From an uncultured delta proteobacterium (GTDB taxonomy: Bacteria; Myxococcota_A; Polyangia; Polyangiales; Polyangiaceae), in the NCBI GenBank assembly GCA_963696385.1, contig CAVOKF010000001.1, positions 160,001 through 224,000 of the forward strand: a DNA stretch of 64,000 bases, in the 5' to 3' direction. Positions 21,461 to 31,795 of this stretch are shown here, piece by piece. Position 1 is the first letter of the stretch; every line of letters starts with the position of its first letter. The notes under the pieces are model-generated. The model had not been told where the DNA came from. It did no database searches and saw nothing but the letters and a program-made list of their open reading frames with translations. The position numbers were made by a program, and so were the translations under genes.

Positions 21461-22291
21461 CTAGCTCTGCTTCGCGGCGTGATACTCGCGCCGGATGTGC
21501 TCGATGTTCACCGAGGGCTTCGGGAACTTCAGGTGCAGTCCCTCCAAGTGTTCCACGACGATCCGCGCCACCGCCAGGTTCCGGAACCATTTGTGGTCCG
21601 ACGGAATGACGAACCACGGCGCGTGGTCAGTACTGCAACGCGACAGCACGTCCTCGTACGCAGTCATGTAGTCACCCCACAGCTTCCGCTCCTTGTAGTC
21701 CGACTCGCTGATCTTCCATTGCTTTGCCGGTTCGTTGAGCCGTTCTGCGAATCGCTTCAGCTGTTCTTCTTTGGAAATGTGCAGGTAGAACTTCAGAATG
21801 TGCACATTGTTTTCCACGAGCTCCTTCTCGAAGGCGTTGATCTGATCGTACCGGCTCGACCATACTCCCTCGGGAACGAGATTGTGGACGCGGACGATCA
21901 GCACGTCCTCGTAGTGCGAGCGATTGAAGATCGTAGCGACTCCACGAGGCGGAACGGCATTGTGAATCCGCCACAGGAAATCGTGTGCGAGTTCTTCTGC
22001 GGAAGGTTGCCGGAACTGCGCGACGCGACAGCCCTGGGGGTTCATGGCCGCGAGGAAGTGGCGTATCGTGCCATCCTTTCCGCCGGCGTCCATTCCTTGC
22101 AGGCAGAGCAGAACGGAGCACTGCCCGTCGGCATAGAGCAGCTCCTGTAGCTCGAGGAGCTTCTTCCGGTCCTTCTCGATCTCCTCGGCCGCGTCCTTGT
22201 GACTCTCATGGTGCGCCGTGAATCGGGTGTCGATCTCCGTCAACTTCACCGTGCTCCCCGGCACCACTCTGAATCGCTCGATATATTTCAT
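21461..22291 (-). CDS. ppk2: Polyphosphate kinase 2 family (polyphosphate:nucleotide phosphotransferase)
   Basis: QGMDAGGKDG Walker A, HDFLWR, FNRSHYEDVL, APWFVIPSDHKWFRN. Confidence 0.92.
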   Translation of the reverse strand: MKYIERFRVVPGSTVKLTEIDTRFTAHHESHKDAAEEIEKDRKKLLELQELLYADGQCSVLLCLQGMDAGGKDGTIRHFLAAMNPQGCRVAQFRQPSAEELAHDFLWRIHNAVPPRGVATIFNRSHYEDVLIVRVHNLVPEGVWSSRYDQINAFEKELVENNVHILKFYLHISKEEQLKRFAERLNEPAKQWKISESDYKERKLWGDYMTAYEDVLSRCSTDHAPWFVIPSDHKWFRNLAVARIVVEHLEGLHLKFPKPSVNIEHIRREYHAAKQS

Positions 22292-22401
22292 CGTGGTCTC
22301 CCATCTGTGCGAGCCCTGCCCGACACGAATGCGCGAAGTGTACTGACATATCGGGTGAACCTGCCATTGCACGTGTGATCACCGCGATCCATGGCGAGCT
22401 A

Positions 22402-23596
22402 GTACCTCGAATCCATTGACGCGACGGGTTTTGCTTTCCATGGCGACGAGGGCGTGCTCCATGGTGGGCCATGAAAAAGCGCTACGTAGTGAATCTGACG
22501 GTGGACGAGCGGGCGGCGCTGACGCAGCTCGTGAAGCGTGAGCGCGTCTCGGGCCTGAAAAGGCTTCGCGCAAGCATTTTGCTGAAAGCCGACGAAGGGC
22601 TGACCGATCAGGAAATCTCGGACGACTTGGAGGCCGGGCTCGTCACGGTGGAGCGCGTGCGCAAGCGCTGCTGCGAGCGCGGCGTCGAAGCGTGCCTGGA
22701 GCGCAAGCCCCAAGACACCCCGTCGCGGCCGCGAAAGCTCGACGGGGCCTCGGAGGCGCGGCTGGTTCAGATCGCTTGCAGTGAGCCGCCCGCAGGGCGG
22801 GCACGGTGGACCATCTCGCTTCTCGCGGACCGACTCGTCGAGCTGAAGGTGTTCGACTCCGTCAGCCCGAGCACGGTCCAGCGCGGTCTAAAAAAAACGA
22901 AATCAAGCCCTGGCTTGTAGAGCGCTTCTGCATTCCGCCTGAGGAAAACGCGGCGTTCGTAAAGTGCATGGAGGATGTGCTCGACGTTTACCATCGACCC
23001 TATGATCCGGACCGGCCGCAGGTCTGTCTCGACGAGACCAGCAAGCAGTTGCTCGAGCACACCCGCCAGCCCGTTCCTGCGAGCCCCGGCACACCGGCCC
23101 GCGTCGATGACGAATACAAGCGGTGCGGCACAGCCAACATCTTCGCTGCCGTGGAACCGCTGACCGGGCAATCCGTCGTCGAAGTGACCGAGCGACGCAC
23201 GGCCGTCGACATGGCGCATTTCTTAGCCCGCCTGTCCGACGAGACCTACGCAACCGCGACCGTCATCGTCTTGGTCATGGACAACCTCAACATCCACGAT
23301 CTTTCGTGCCTGTACGAAGCATTCGCGCCCAAAGAGGCTCGTCGTCTGGTCGAGAGGTTCGAGGTTCACCACACCCCCAAGCACGGCAGTTGGCTCAACG
23401 TCGCCGAAATCTTCCTCTCGACCCTATCGATACAGTGTCTCGACCAGCGCGTCGGCAGCATCGGCGCGCTCCACACGATCGTCTCCGCGTGGCAGGCTTC
23501 GCGACCCGACCGCAAGGTCAACTGGCGCTTCACCACGGCGGACGCACGCATCAAGCTGCGCCGCCTCTACCCTTCCATTCCGTAGAATCGGGGTAC
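22402..23596 (+). mobile_element. IS630 family insertion sequence, TA TSD within CTAG
   Basis: Ends GTACCTCGAATC / GAATCGGGGTAC flanked by TA at 22400-22401 and 23597-23598. Confidence 0.9.
22471..23585 (+). CDS. IS630 transposase (two ORFs joined by probable -1 frameshift at A8, 22890-22897)
   Basis: HTH ORF with GRARWT; DDE ORF with CLDETSKQL, MDNLNIH, TPKHGSWLNVAE. Confidence 0.9.
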
Positions 23597-23761
23597 TAGG
23601 CCCCATCTCGTGGACGCGCTCGACGAGCTCGGGAGTCGCACGAGCCTCGCCGTGCCCGTGCCTGTTGATGTACCGCTTGGGTTGCGACGGCCTTGTCCTG
23701 GACCCTCTGCGTCAGGTAGGCGCCGTCGAAGGCTTCGTTTCATGGGGTTCTTCGCGGAAAG

Positions 23762-26278
23762 TCACCGCTGCCAGAGAATGGAAGCGACTTCCAGGGGCAC
23801 CGCGACGCCGTCTCGGCGGGGTATCACTCGGGCCGTGTAGTCCGATGAGGGGCGGCCCCCGGACACGGTCGCGCTGTAGATAGAGCCGCCCGGCGTGTCG
23901 TCGCGTCGACCCGTGCGAGTCATCTCGACACGTTCGGGCACACCTCCCGCGATGCCGTCCGCGTAGAGCTCAACCCGAACCGCCTCGGGGGCGATGTCGC
24001 TGAGAACGACCGGCACGTCGAATACATGGTGCGCGCCGCTCGTTTCGACCTTGACATCGCCGAGGCGCAGCCTGCCCCACTTCTCTCGCAGCGTGTGCTG
24101 CCAGTCCACGATGCCCTTGCCGGCTGCGCCGTTATCCGCAGCACGCTTGCGGTAGCGGGACGCGGCTGGAAGGTAGTGTTGTTCGGTGTATTCGCGTACC
24201 GTGCGGTTAGTCGAAAACCGCGGCGTCAGCCGCGCCATGCTCTCGCGCATCCGCCCGACCCACGCGGTCGGAATGCCGTTGCCGTCTCGCGCGAAGAACT
24301 CGGGAATGACCTGGCGCTCGAGCAGGTCGTAGAGCGCGTTGGCTTCGACGGCGTCCCAGGCGGGATCGTCGCCGTGTTCCCGACGGTCACCGAGCGCCCA
24401 CCCCACGTCGGGCGTGTAGGCCTCCGCCCACCAGCCATCCAGTTCCGAGAGATTCACGCCACCGTTGACCAGCACCTTCATGCCGCTCGTTCCGCTCGCC
24501 TCCCAGGGGCGCCGTGGCGTGTTGATCCAGACGTCCACCCCTTGCACAAGGTGCTCCGTCAAAAGCATGTCGTAGTCGCTCAGAAAGATGGCGTGGGAGC
24601 GAGCCTCGGAGTGGCGGATGAAGTGGATCCATTCGCGAATCAAGGCGCGCCCCGCCGGGTCTTCCGGGTGGGCCTTACCGGCAATGATGATTTGCACCGG
24701 GCGCTCGGCGCTGGCCAAAAGGCGCAGCAAACGCGCCGGGTCGTGCAAGAGAAGATTCGGCCTCTTGTAGGTCGCGAAGCGGCGCGCAAAACCAAGGGTC
24801 AATGCGTTGGGGTCAAAAAGATGCTTCGCCCCCGCGACCGCTTCGGCCGAAGCGCCGGCAGCGGCAAGTTCCTTGGACAACCGTTCGCGGGCGTAGTCGA
24901 CAAGAGACTTGCGCGCGGCCGTACGAAGCTGCCAGAGCTTTGCGTCAGGAACGCGGCGAATCTGCTGCTCGAGCGCGTTCGCGTTCCCCAGCCAGCGGCC
25001 CTTCCCGCACGCTTCCGTCCAGAGGTCGTCCGCCGCACTCGAGTCCCAGGTCGGCATGTGGACGCCGTTGGTCACGTGTCCGACCGGCACTTCGGTCTCT
25101 GGCCACTGCGGAAAGAGCGGCTCGAACATCTTCCGGCTGACCTCTCCGTGCAGGCGACTCACGCCGTTCACCGCCCCGCTCCCCCGGATAGCCAGGTAGG
25201 CCATGTTGAAGGTCTCCGACGAGTCGTCCGGGTTCTGGCGACCCAGGGCCAGCAGATCGCGAAGTGGAATGCCGAGCTTCTGCGCGGCATAACCGCCAAG
25301 ATATTGCTCGATGAGAGCGGGAGAGAAGCGATCAAAGCCGGCCGCCACCGCAGTATGCGTGGTGAAAAGGTTTCCCGCTCGAGTGACGGCCAGCGCGACT
25401 TCGAAAGGCTGCCCTGCCTCTTGCATAAAGCCGCAGGCGCGCTCGAGCACGGCAAAGGCTGCGTGCCCTTCATTCAGGTGACAGACCTCCGGCCGGACGC
25501 CCAGCGCGCGAAGCAGCCGCCAGCCGCCGATGCCGAGCAGTATCTCTTGCTTGAGGCGTAGCTCCGGGCCACCGCCATACAGCTCACTGGTGATCGCTCG
25601 GTGAGCCGGGATGTTCGCCGGATCATTGCTGTCCAGCAGATAGAGCTTCACTCGGCCGACCTGGACCTGCCAGGCACGCAGCCAGACGGAATAGCCAGGT
25701 AGGGCGATCTCGAGCCGCAACCACTCGCCGTTCGCCAGGCGGACGGGCGCGATCGGCAACTGTCCGGGGTCGTTATAGGGAAAGAGGGCCTGCTGATCGC
25801 CCTCTTTGTCGATCACCTGGCGAAAGTACCCTTGCTGGTACAAGAGACCGACGCCGACCACGGGTACGCCGAGATCGCTGGTGGCCTTTAGCTGGTCGCC
25901 CGCCACATTGCCAAGCCCGCCGGAATAAATGGGCAAAGCCTCGCTCAACATGAATTCCATGCTGAAGTACGCGACACACGTGAGGTGTTCCGACGAATGG
26001 GTCTCCTGAAACCACGAGCGCGCAGCAAGCGCGTCTCTCCGGGTCCGCACCAAGCCGTCCAATCGTTTGCGAAAAGATGGGTCCGCCGAGGCGCGCGCGA
26101 TCGTGTCGCGCGAGACGGTCTGTAAGATCACCCAGGGGTTATGCGTGGTGTCCCAGAGCTCAGGATCGAGCTGCCGCCAGAGCGGGTCGGCAGCGTGATT
26201 CCAGGACCAACGCATATCCAGCGCAAGCTCCATCAGGGAATCGAATCCTGCGACTTCCGTACGAAGAGGATTGTACAT
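23762..26278 (-). CDS. glgP: Alpha-glucan (glycogen/maltodextrin) phosphorylase
   Basis: YFSMEF, YSGGLG, HLNEGH, FARRFATYKR, EASGTSGMK PLP motif. Confidence 0.96.
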   Translation of the reverse strand: MYNPLRTEVAGFDSLMELALDMRWSWNHAADPLWRQLDPELWDTTHNPWVILQTVSRDTIARASADPSFRKRLDGLVRTRRDALAARSWFQETHSSEHLTCVAYFSMEFMLSEALPIYSGGLGNVAGDQLKATSDLGVPVVGVGLLYQQGYFRQVIDKEGDQQALFPYNDPGQLPIAPVRLANGEWLRLEIALPGYSVWLRAWQVQVGRVKLYLLDSNDPANIPAHRAITSELYGGGPELRLKQEILLGIGGWRLLRALGVRPEVCHLNEGHAAFAVLERACGFMQEAGQPFEVALAVTRAGNLFTTHTAVAAGFDRFSPALIEQYLGGYAAQKLGIPLRDLLALGRQNPDDSSETFNMAYLAIRGSGAVNGVSRLHGEVSRKMFEPLFPQWPETEVPVGHVTNGVHMPTWDSSAADDLWTEACGKGRWLGNANALEQQIRRVPDAKLWQLRTAARKSLVDYARERLSKELAAAGASAEAVAGAKHLFDPNALTLGFARRFATYKRPNLLLHDPARLLRLLASAERPVQIIIAGKAHPEDPAGRALIREWIHFIRHSEARSHAIFLSDYDMLLTEHLVQGVDVWINTPRRPWEASGTSGMKVLVNGGVNLSELDGWWAEAYTPDVGWALGDRREHGDDPAWDAVEANALYDLLERQVIPEFFARDGNGIPTAWVGRMRESMARLTPRFSTNRTVREYTEQHYLPAASRYRKRAADNGAAGKGIVDWQHTLREKWGRLRLGDVKVETSGAHHVFDVPVVLSDIAPEAVRVELYADGIAGGVPERVEMTRTGRRDDTPGGSIYSATVSGGRPSSDYTARVIPRRDGVAVPLEVASILWQR

Positions 26279-26527
26279 GGGGTGGTGGGCGCCTGCTTGA
26301 TCGCTCGGGGAAATCCGGCTGATGTTCGTCGTTGCGTCACGATTCCGTGGTGTTGCCTGCTGCGACGGATGAACTTCGCGGGTGGATCGCCAAAGCCGAC
26401 TGGATATCGCAGCGCGGACAGCCCCTTATCGGCGAAGCCGTCGAGCCTCGGTCATCCATCGTCCGCGGCGACGAGACGGGTTTGGCCTGAACGTGAGGGA
26501 GATCCATTCCGGCTCGTGGCCTAGAAT

Positions 26528-26542
26528 GCAAAGGATATGCCG
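26528..26542 (-). promoter_or_regulatory. Putative sigma54 promoter for glgP
   Basis: CGGCATATCCTTTGC on the minus strand. Confidence 0.6.
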
Positions 26543-26845
26543 TTTTGCATTTGCACAGGCCGACAGTCGGATGACAACGCGCTGCGGGCGGCCAGAGGTC
26601 GGACCGTTCGCGTCGCGCGAAGTCGGGTTCGCAAGTTGCCCGCGCCTCGTCTTTCAAGCCTCGCATCGCCGCGAGGGTATGCGCACGGCGCGTCTTCTCT
26701 CGCAGCGTGGCTGTATCGGGAAGGCCCCTCAAGAGGGCTGCCGCAAATCCGTGGGTGTGGCGCCAAGCCACATGGCGCGTCGCGCCACACGGGGTCGGCC
26801 GGCCGTGTGCATCCGGGCCTGATTATTGCGTCGGCGTACGGGGCG

Positions 26846-27220
26846 ATGCCGCTCGTCTCGCACATCGTTTACGGCATCGCTGCGGCGGTGGTCGTTCTCG
26901 CGGCGCTCAAGACTGCGTGGGTGAGCGGCGGCCGGAGCGTCGTTGGACCTGCTCTGGTCGTCGTGCTCCTCGGCAGCTGGGCACTGTGTGTATGGCTGAC
27001 TCCCTTGGGCCCTCAGCTCTGGCGTGCATCTTCGCTGGGGCTTCTTGCTGCCGGTGCATTCCTCGTGGTCTCGCTCGACGGCGCGCGGGGAATCTCTCTT
27101 TTCACGCGGCACCCGAACATGCCGGCGCTACGCAGGGCGGCCTGGCTCGTTCTCTTGATGTTCGCACTCCCGGTGATTGCGCATCTCTCCGGTCTCGGTG
27201 GCGCATCCGACCCGAGATGA
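26846..27220 (+). CDS. Hypothetical 4-TM membrane protein
   Basis: Four hydrophobic segments; GG-N10-GC motif at 26796-26810. Confidence 0.55.
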   Translation: MPLVSHIVYGIAAAVVVLAALKTAWVSGGRSVVGPALVVVLLGSWALCVWLTPLGPQLWRASSLGLLAAGAFLVVSLDGARGISLFTRHPNMPALRRAAWLVLLMFALPVIAHLSGLGGASDPR

Positions 27221-27483
27221 CGATCGGCTGCGCGCGCGGCCGTGGAGCATCAGCAGAACGGCAACGCGGTTTGGGTCACTACGGCGTCCGATGAGTGCGC
27301 TGTGCGGTTGCCACCGTTCGATCTTGAGATGGACGTGAAGGCGTCTCTGGATATCCGCGAAGCCCGAGTGAAGCCGGGTTGGCCGACGATCACCAGCTGG
27401 GGAACGGACGGGTCTCCTGTTTGCCGCGCTGGCAGACCCGTACGTACGTGGGGCCGAGACCGCGAGATCCGGCGCGCGAAGAG

Positions 27484-28299
27484 TCACTGCGACGACGCGA
27501 TACCCTCGCGCTGCGACGGCTTCGGGCCTTCCGAGCGGTCGTCGCTGCCCCAGTACGGCGGCCGTCCGTAGTATTCGTGCATGCGGGCTTCGTACTCGCG
27601 CGTGATGAGGGCGTTCCCGTCCCACTCGGGGCTATTCTTGATGGCTTGTCGAGACAGGTCGACATAGACCTTGCGCTGGTCCCAACTGACACGGTTGGCC
27701 CACCGCGGGGCAACCAGGACCCGTTTGCCGAGGCCCCAGTGGCTCGTGTCGATCGCGAGATAGCGTATTTCCCATGTTTCATCGTCGACGATGAAGTCTG
27801 AGACCTTGCCGATCGCGTCGTCACTTCCCTGAATGTGGTAGCCGCGGACTTCGTTTGCGCTCCGCAAGTGGGCGTCGTTCGAGGCTTGCCCCGACGTCTC
27901 GCCGCGCGGCGTCTCGTCCCACCCACCCGCCGCGAGCCAGCCCGGATAGGCACCCATGGCCCAGGCGCCCGAGTAGCCCCAATAGTACGGATAGCCGTAA
28001 TATCGGTAATAGTCGCGCTCGTGTTGGCGGGAGACCGGCTGATCCGTGTCGACGCCGGGGCTCTTCTTGATCTTGTCCATCGTGAGAGCCAGGTGGAATA
28101 GGTCCGTCGACCAGTCCACCCCCGAAAACGAGATCGGCGAAATGAGTACTTTGCGCTCATCGAAGAAGTGTCCCGTCTTGACGACGAGATAACGAAGGGT
28201 CCAGCGTTCGTCATCGAATAAGAAGTTGACGACGCTCCCGAGTTCGCCGTCGGTTGCGGCCACCCGGTACCCGTCGAGAGCTTTTAGACTTCGCAGCAT
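27484..28299 (-). CDS. Tandem PRC-barrel domain protein
   Basis: ATDGELGSV..FDDERWTLRYLVV twice, Tyr-rich linker; GAGGTG RBS. Confidence 0.9.
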   Translation of the reverse strand: MLRSLKALDGYRVAATDGELGSVVNFLFDDERWTLRYLVVKTGHFFDERKVLISPISFSGVDWSTDLFHLALTMDKIKKSPGVDTDQPVSRQHERDYYRYYGYPYYWGYSGAWAMGAYPGWLAAGGWDETPRGETSGQASNDAHLRSANEVRGYHIQGSDDAIGKVSDFIVDDETWEIRYLAIDTSHWGLGKRVLVAPRWANRVSWDQRKVYVDLSRQAIKNSPEWDGNALITREYEARMHEYYGRPPYWGSDDRSEGPKPSQREGIASSQ

Positions 28300-28553
28300 G
28301 GCGATCACCTCACCTGCCGGGCTAGCAAGTCCCGGTCCCGGGCAGCCGCACCCCAGCCGTTGGCGAAATGCGAGCCAAGGGATCGAAAAGCGAACCGTCC
28401 CGCGTGCCCGACCACCAGCGGGGCGAGCCACGAGCGCGCTCGCCGCGGGCGGATCTCCATCGGATCGCAGACCGCGAGGAGGGTCCAACGCCATGGCGTC
28501 TTCAGTGGTGCAATCAGCCTGAGCCGAAGGACGCGCCCTCCATTCGGCCCAGA

Positions 28554-28736
28554 TCAGGCAGGCGACCAGACGTGCCCGCGTTTGCACTGGAGGCGAACGA
28601 CGTGCACGTGCTTCTCGGCACCCGGGTTCGCGGCCGCGGGGCTCTCGTGCGCAGTCTCGGCGGTCACTTCGTTAGACCCGCACTCGGGGCAAGGGTCGGG
28701 GCTCGGTTCGGATGGCTTCCACGGGCTGGGATTCAT
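28554..28736 (-). CDS. Small CPxCG zinc-ribbon protein
   Basis: CPECGS ... CKRGHVW metal-binding pairs in 60 aa. Confidence 0.5.
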   Translation of the reverse strand: MNPSPWKPSEPSPDPCPECGSNEVTAETAHESPAAANPGAEKHVHVVRLQCKRGHVWSPA

Positions 28737-28997
28737 GACCGAAGGAGAACGCAGCTTTCGAGCCGGCGTTGGCTCTCCTCGATTGCCGCCCTCTGAGAAC
28801 GGCTATCCAACGGCCTCCCCTCGGGCGCGAAAGCGCGCCATGGACCGCGCGTCCGAATCGCAACGTGCCAAAAGCTATGGCAAAGTGCGGAGGATCGGGC
28901 CCACGCGCGCGGTGAGCTTGGGATCAAGAGTTCCAGGCTCCCGAGTGGTCCGCCGGCGTCGTCGGCATGCTTCGTGCGTGCGACCGCCACGAACTTC

Positions 28998-29987
28998 ATG
29001 CGCGATCCGCTCGCTCTCGATCCAGGCGCCCAACGCATGCACGCCGGCCATGGGCTCGGCGTCGCGGCACTCCTCGCGCTCGCCTCGGCCGGTTGTGGCA
29101 GTCGCCCTTCGCAGGCCACAGCGCCCGTCGGGATGGCGCTCAAATCGGAGACGGCCCCTGCCGCGACGCATGCCGACGATGCCGACGAGTCGACCGCCAA
29201 TCTGAGGGAGCACCACCGTCATCACAGTCACGGCGGGTTTGCGATGTTCATAGCCATGAGCCTCGATTCGCTCGGCGCTCCGGCCGGCTCGGGTCCGAAT
29301 TCGGGGATCCTGGATCAGAGAGCCGGCATCGCCACGATTCAGGCGGAGATGCGGGCGAAAATGGGGCCCGCACACGACGCCGAAAAGAACGTCTTGATGA
29401 CGCTCGCCGATGGCATCGCGGCCGGCACGATCGACACGGCTCGGGTGAACGCGGCCCTCGCGCACTTGTCCGAGGTGGCCGCCAGGGTCAACGATACCGT
29501 GGCGGACTCGCTCGACGCGCTGCACGCCATCCTTACGAGGCCGCAGCGCGCCGCGCTGGTCGAAAAAGTCGAGGCGCACTTCGAGGTCTGGAACGAGGTC
29601 AATGCGGCGGACGAGTCCGATCGCGATGCCCGCGGCGGTCACCTCGGCGAGCTCTCGCGGGAGCTCGATCTCTCCCCCGAGCAGGTCGACACGGTCCGCG
29701 CGAGCTTAAAGTCCAAGGCGGGCAACACGCCGCCGGTCCCTTGGGACCGCAAAGAAGGCGAGGAGTACCTCCGAGCGTTCGGCGCGGCTTTCGAAGGCGA
29801 CGCGTTGCACGCGAAGACCCTCCCCACGGCCTCCGCGGTGAACGCCCATCTCGCTGCGTGGGGAGCGACGCGGACCGTGCTCTTCTACGAAGCCGTGGCC
29901 TCGGTACTCACCCCCGAGGAGCGCACGAAGCTGGTCACCCTGATTCGGCGGCACGCGAACTACCACCAAACCCAAACGGGCCCCTGA
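28998..29987 (+). CDS. Spy/CpxP-like (LTxxQ) helical lipoprotein with His-rich patch
   Basis: Lipobox SAGC; HHRHHSHGG; LTRPQ, LSPEQ and LTPEE motifs. Confidence 0.65.
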   Translation: MRDPLALDPGAQRMHAGHGLGVAALLALASAGCGSRPSQATAPVGMALKSETAPAATHADDADESTANLREHHRHHSHGGFAMFIAMSLDSLGAPAGSGPNSGILDQRAGIATIQAEMRAKMGPAHDAEKNVLMTLADGIAAGTIDTARVNAALAHLSEVAARVNDTVADSLDALHAILTRPQRAALVEKVEAHFEVWNEVNAADESDRDARGGHLGELSRELDLSPEQVDTVRASLKSKAGNTPPVPWDRKEGEEYLRAFGAAFEGDALHAKTLPTASAVNAHLAAWGATRTVLFYEAVASVLTPEERTKLVTLIRRHANYHQTQTGP

Positions 29988-29995
29988 GGTCGACC

Positions 29996-30283
29996 ATGCA
30001 CCACATCACGTCCATTCCGGCCAAAGCCCTTCTCCTCGCCGTGCCGCTGTGCGTCGGCGCTCCCGACGAAGCTCGGGCGCAGATGCTTTCACCGGCGCCG
30101 CCCGCGGCGTTCATCGCCACGACTCAGCCGGAGTACTTCGAAAATCGGTCGGTCTACTGGTACCAAGACCACTGGTTCTACCGGGACGGGCTCCGCTGGA
30201 ACGTCTACCGCACCGAGCCGCCGTACCTCCGTAGCCGTCGGTCGAACTGGGGCAGTCGCCCGCGCTACCACTACTACCGCTGA
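29996..30283 (+). CDS. Small secreted Tyr/Trp/Arg-rich hypothetical protein
   Basis: GAGG RBS, signal-like N-terminus, PEYFENRSVYWYQDHWFYRDG. Confidence 0.6.
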   Translation: MHHITSIPAKALLLAVPLCVGAPDEARAQMLSPAPPAAFIATTQPEYFENRSVYWYQDHWFYRDGLRWNVYRTEPPYLRSRRSNWGSRPRYHYYR

Positions 30284-30321
30284 GTCGGGCCCGACGAGAA
30301 CCACTCCTACCGCTGAGTCGG
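30267..30321 (+). repeat. 22-bp direct repeat x2 (1 mismatch)
   Basis: ACCACT(A/C)CTACCGCTGAGTCGG at 30267 and 30300. Confidence 0.8.
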
Positions 30322-30328
30322 CATGCTG

Positions 30329-30343
30329 CGGCACGCGTATTGC
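30329..30343 (+). promoter_or_regulatory. Putative sigma54 promoter
   Basis: CGGCACGCGTATTGC, near-consensus. Confidence 0.7.
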
Positions 30344-30383
30344 GACTATGCACCGCTCCGCTCGAGTGAACTCGGAGTCAATC

Positions 30384-30644
30384 ATGAAAAAGCCGGATGA
30401 AGTCATCGGAAGCCTCTCGCCGCACGAGGCGAAGCAGGTTGCAGAACTGGTGAGCGGTGCCGAAAAAACACTGGCGCACGAGGCTGCGGTCACGTTCGAT
30501 GTCAGCGAGACGCGTGCGACGATTCCTGAGCGTGTCTGGGATCACGTCATCGCCCAAGCCAGCGCGGCGGGGTGGCTCGCGGAGGCAAAAGGCGCGACCG
30601 TGACGATCCGTCGCCCGCCAAACGGCAGCCGCACGTCGCGCTGA
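30384..30644 (+). CDS. Hypothetical protein (86 aa)
   Basis: GGAG RBS; a degraded second copy lies at 43689-43935. Confidence 0.65.
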   Translation: MKKPDEVIGSLSPHEAKQVAELVSGAEKTLAHEAAVTFDVSETRATIPERVWDHVIAQASAAGWLAEAKGATVTIRRPPNGSRTSR

Positions 30645-30792
30645 CCGGCCGACGCGGCCACGAGCGATCCAACACGGGACAACGCGACGTTTGCCGTCGC
30701 GCGGGAGGATCGCCGTCCGGGTCGCATGTCCACATCCGCCCGACGGATCGCCGTGACCGAGCCCACCCGCAAACCGCACCGCCAACGTGTCA

Positions 30793-30807
30793 CGGCATGG
30801 CTCTTGC
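30793..30807 (+). promoter_or_regulatory. Putative sigma54 promoter
   Basis: CGGCATGGCTCTTGC upstream of the slipin gene. Confidence 0.65.
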
Positions 30808-30903
30808 GCTCGGGGCGCATGTCACGCGCTCCTTCGAGCGCGCGCCCCCCCACTCGATGCATGCGATGCATGCGATGCATCGGTCGCCGTAGGAGATCGT
30901 TCC

Positions 30904-31764
30904 ATGAATGCGGGATATTTTCAGGTCGCAGTCTTGTCTCTACTGGGCATGGGCTTGGTCATGCTTGCGGCGTCGGCCATCCGAATCGCCAAGGAATACG
31001 AGCGAGGGGTCGTCTTTCGGCTCGGTCGCCTCATTCCTCTGCGCGGCCCCGGCCTCTTTTTCATTTTTCCATTCGGCGTCGACCGCGTGCGAATGGTCGA
31101 CCTCCGGGTGATTACGCTCGAGGTCCCGCAGCAGGAGGTCATCACGTCCGACAACGTGACGGTCAAGGTGAATGCCGTCATTTTCTTTCAGGTCAAGGAC
31201 GCGCAGGCGGCCATCGTCCGCGTCTCGAACTACATGGAAGCGACCTCCCAAATCGCGCAAACGACCCTCCGTGCCGTTCTCGGCCAGTCGAGCCTCGACG
31301 AGCTTTTGGGCGGCCGCGACAAGATCAACGGCAAGCTGCAAACGATCATCGATGGCCAGACCGAGCCCTGGGGCATCAAGGTGGGTCCGGTCGAACTCAA
31401 GGATGCGCAGCTGGCCGAGTCGATGGTCCGTGCGTTGGCGAGGCAAGCGGAAGCCGAGCGCGAGAAGCGAGCGAAGATCATTGCCACCGAGGGCGAATTC
31501 CAGGCCGCCCAGGTCCTTGCCAATGCCGCCGAAATCATTTCCACACAACCGGCCGCTCTTGCCCTGCGCTACATGCAGACCCTTCTCGACATGGGATCGA
31601 ATCAAAACTCGACGATCGTGTTTCCGATCCCCGTCGAACTGATCCGGCCGCTCTTGGCCGCTCCGGTGCCCATGAGAGCCGTGGAAGCGCCGCGCGCTTC
31701 CGCAAACGGCGGGGGGGAGTCCTCGGTCGCGAAGCCACTCGCTCTCGCGCCGGTCGTGCGCTAG
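30904..31764 (+). CDS. SPFH/stomatin (slipin) family protein
   Basis: EYERGVVFRLGR, QEVITSDNVTVKVNAV, ARQAEAEREKRAKII, LRYMQTL; AGGAG RBS. Confidence 0.93.
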   Translation: MNAGYFQVAVLSLLGMGLVMLAASAIRIAKEYERGVVFRLGRLIPLRGPGLFFIFPFGVDRVRMVDLRVITLEVPQQEVITSDNVTVKVNAVIFFQVKDAQAAIVRVSNYMEATSQIAQTTLRAVLGQSSLDELLGGRDKINGKLQTIIDGQTEPWGIKVGPVELKDAQLAESMVRALARQAEAEREKRAKIIATEGEFQAAQVLANAAEIISTQPAALALRYMQTLLDMGSNQNSTIVFPIPVELIRPLLAAPVPMRAVEAPRASANGGGESSVAKPLALAPVVR

Positions 31765-31795
31765 CCCTACTTTCGCATTCGGGCGGCGAAACAGG

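Noticed and set aside
16700..23596. Composite transposon between IS3 and IS630
   Set aside because: Different families, each with its own TSD, so independent insertions.
24026..25561. Long antisense/alternate-frame ORFs (also 7022-8521, 9622-11208, 53263-54867, 61535-63052)
   Set aside because: Shadow ORFs of high-GC genes with no motifs.
30267..30321. Mini CRISPR array
   Set aside because: Only two units with an 11-nt gap; no cas genes.
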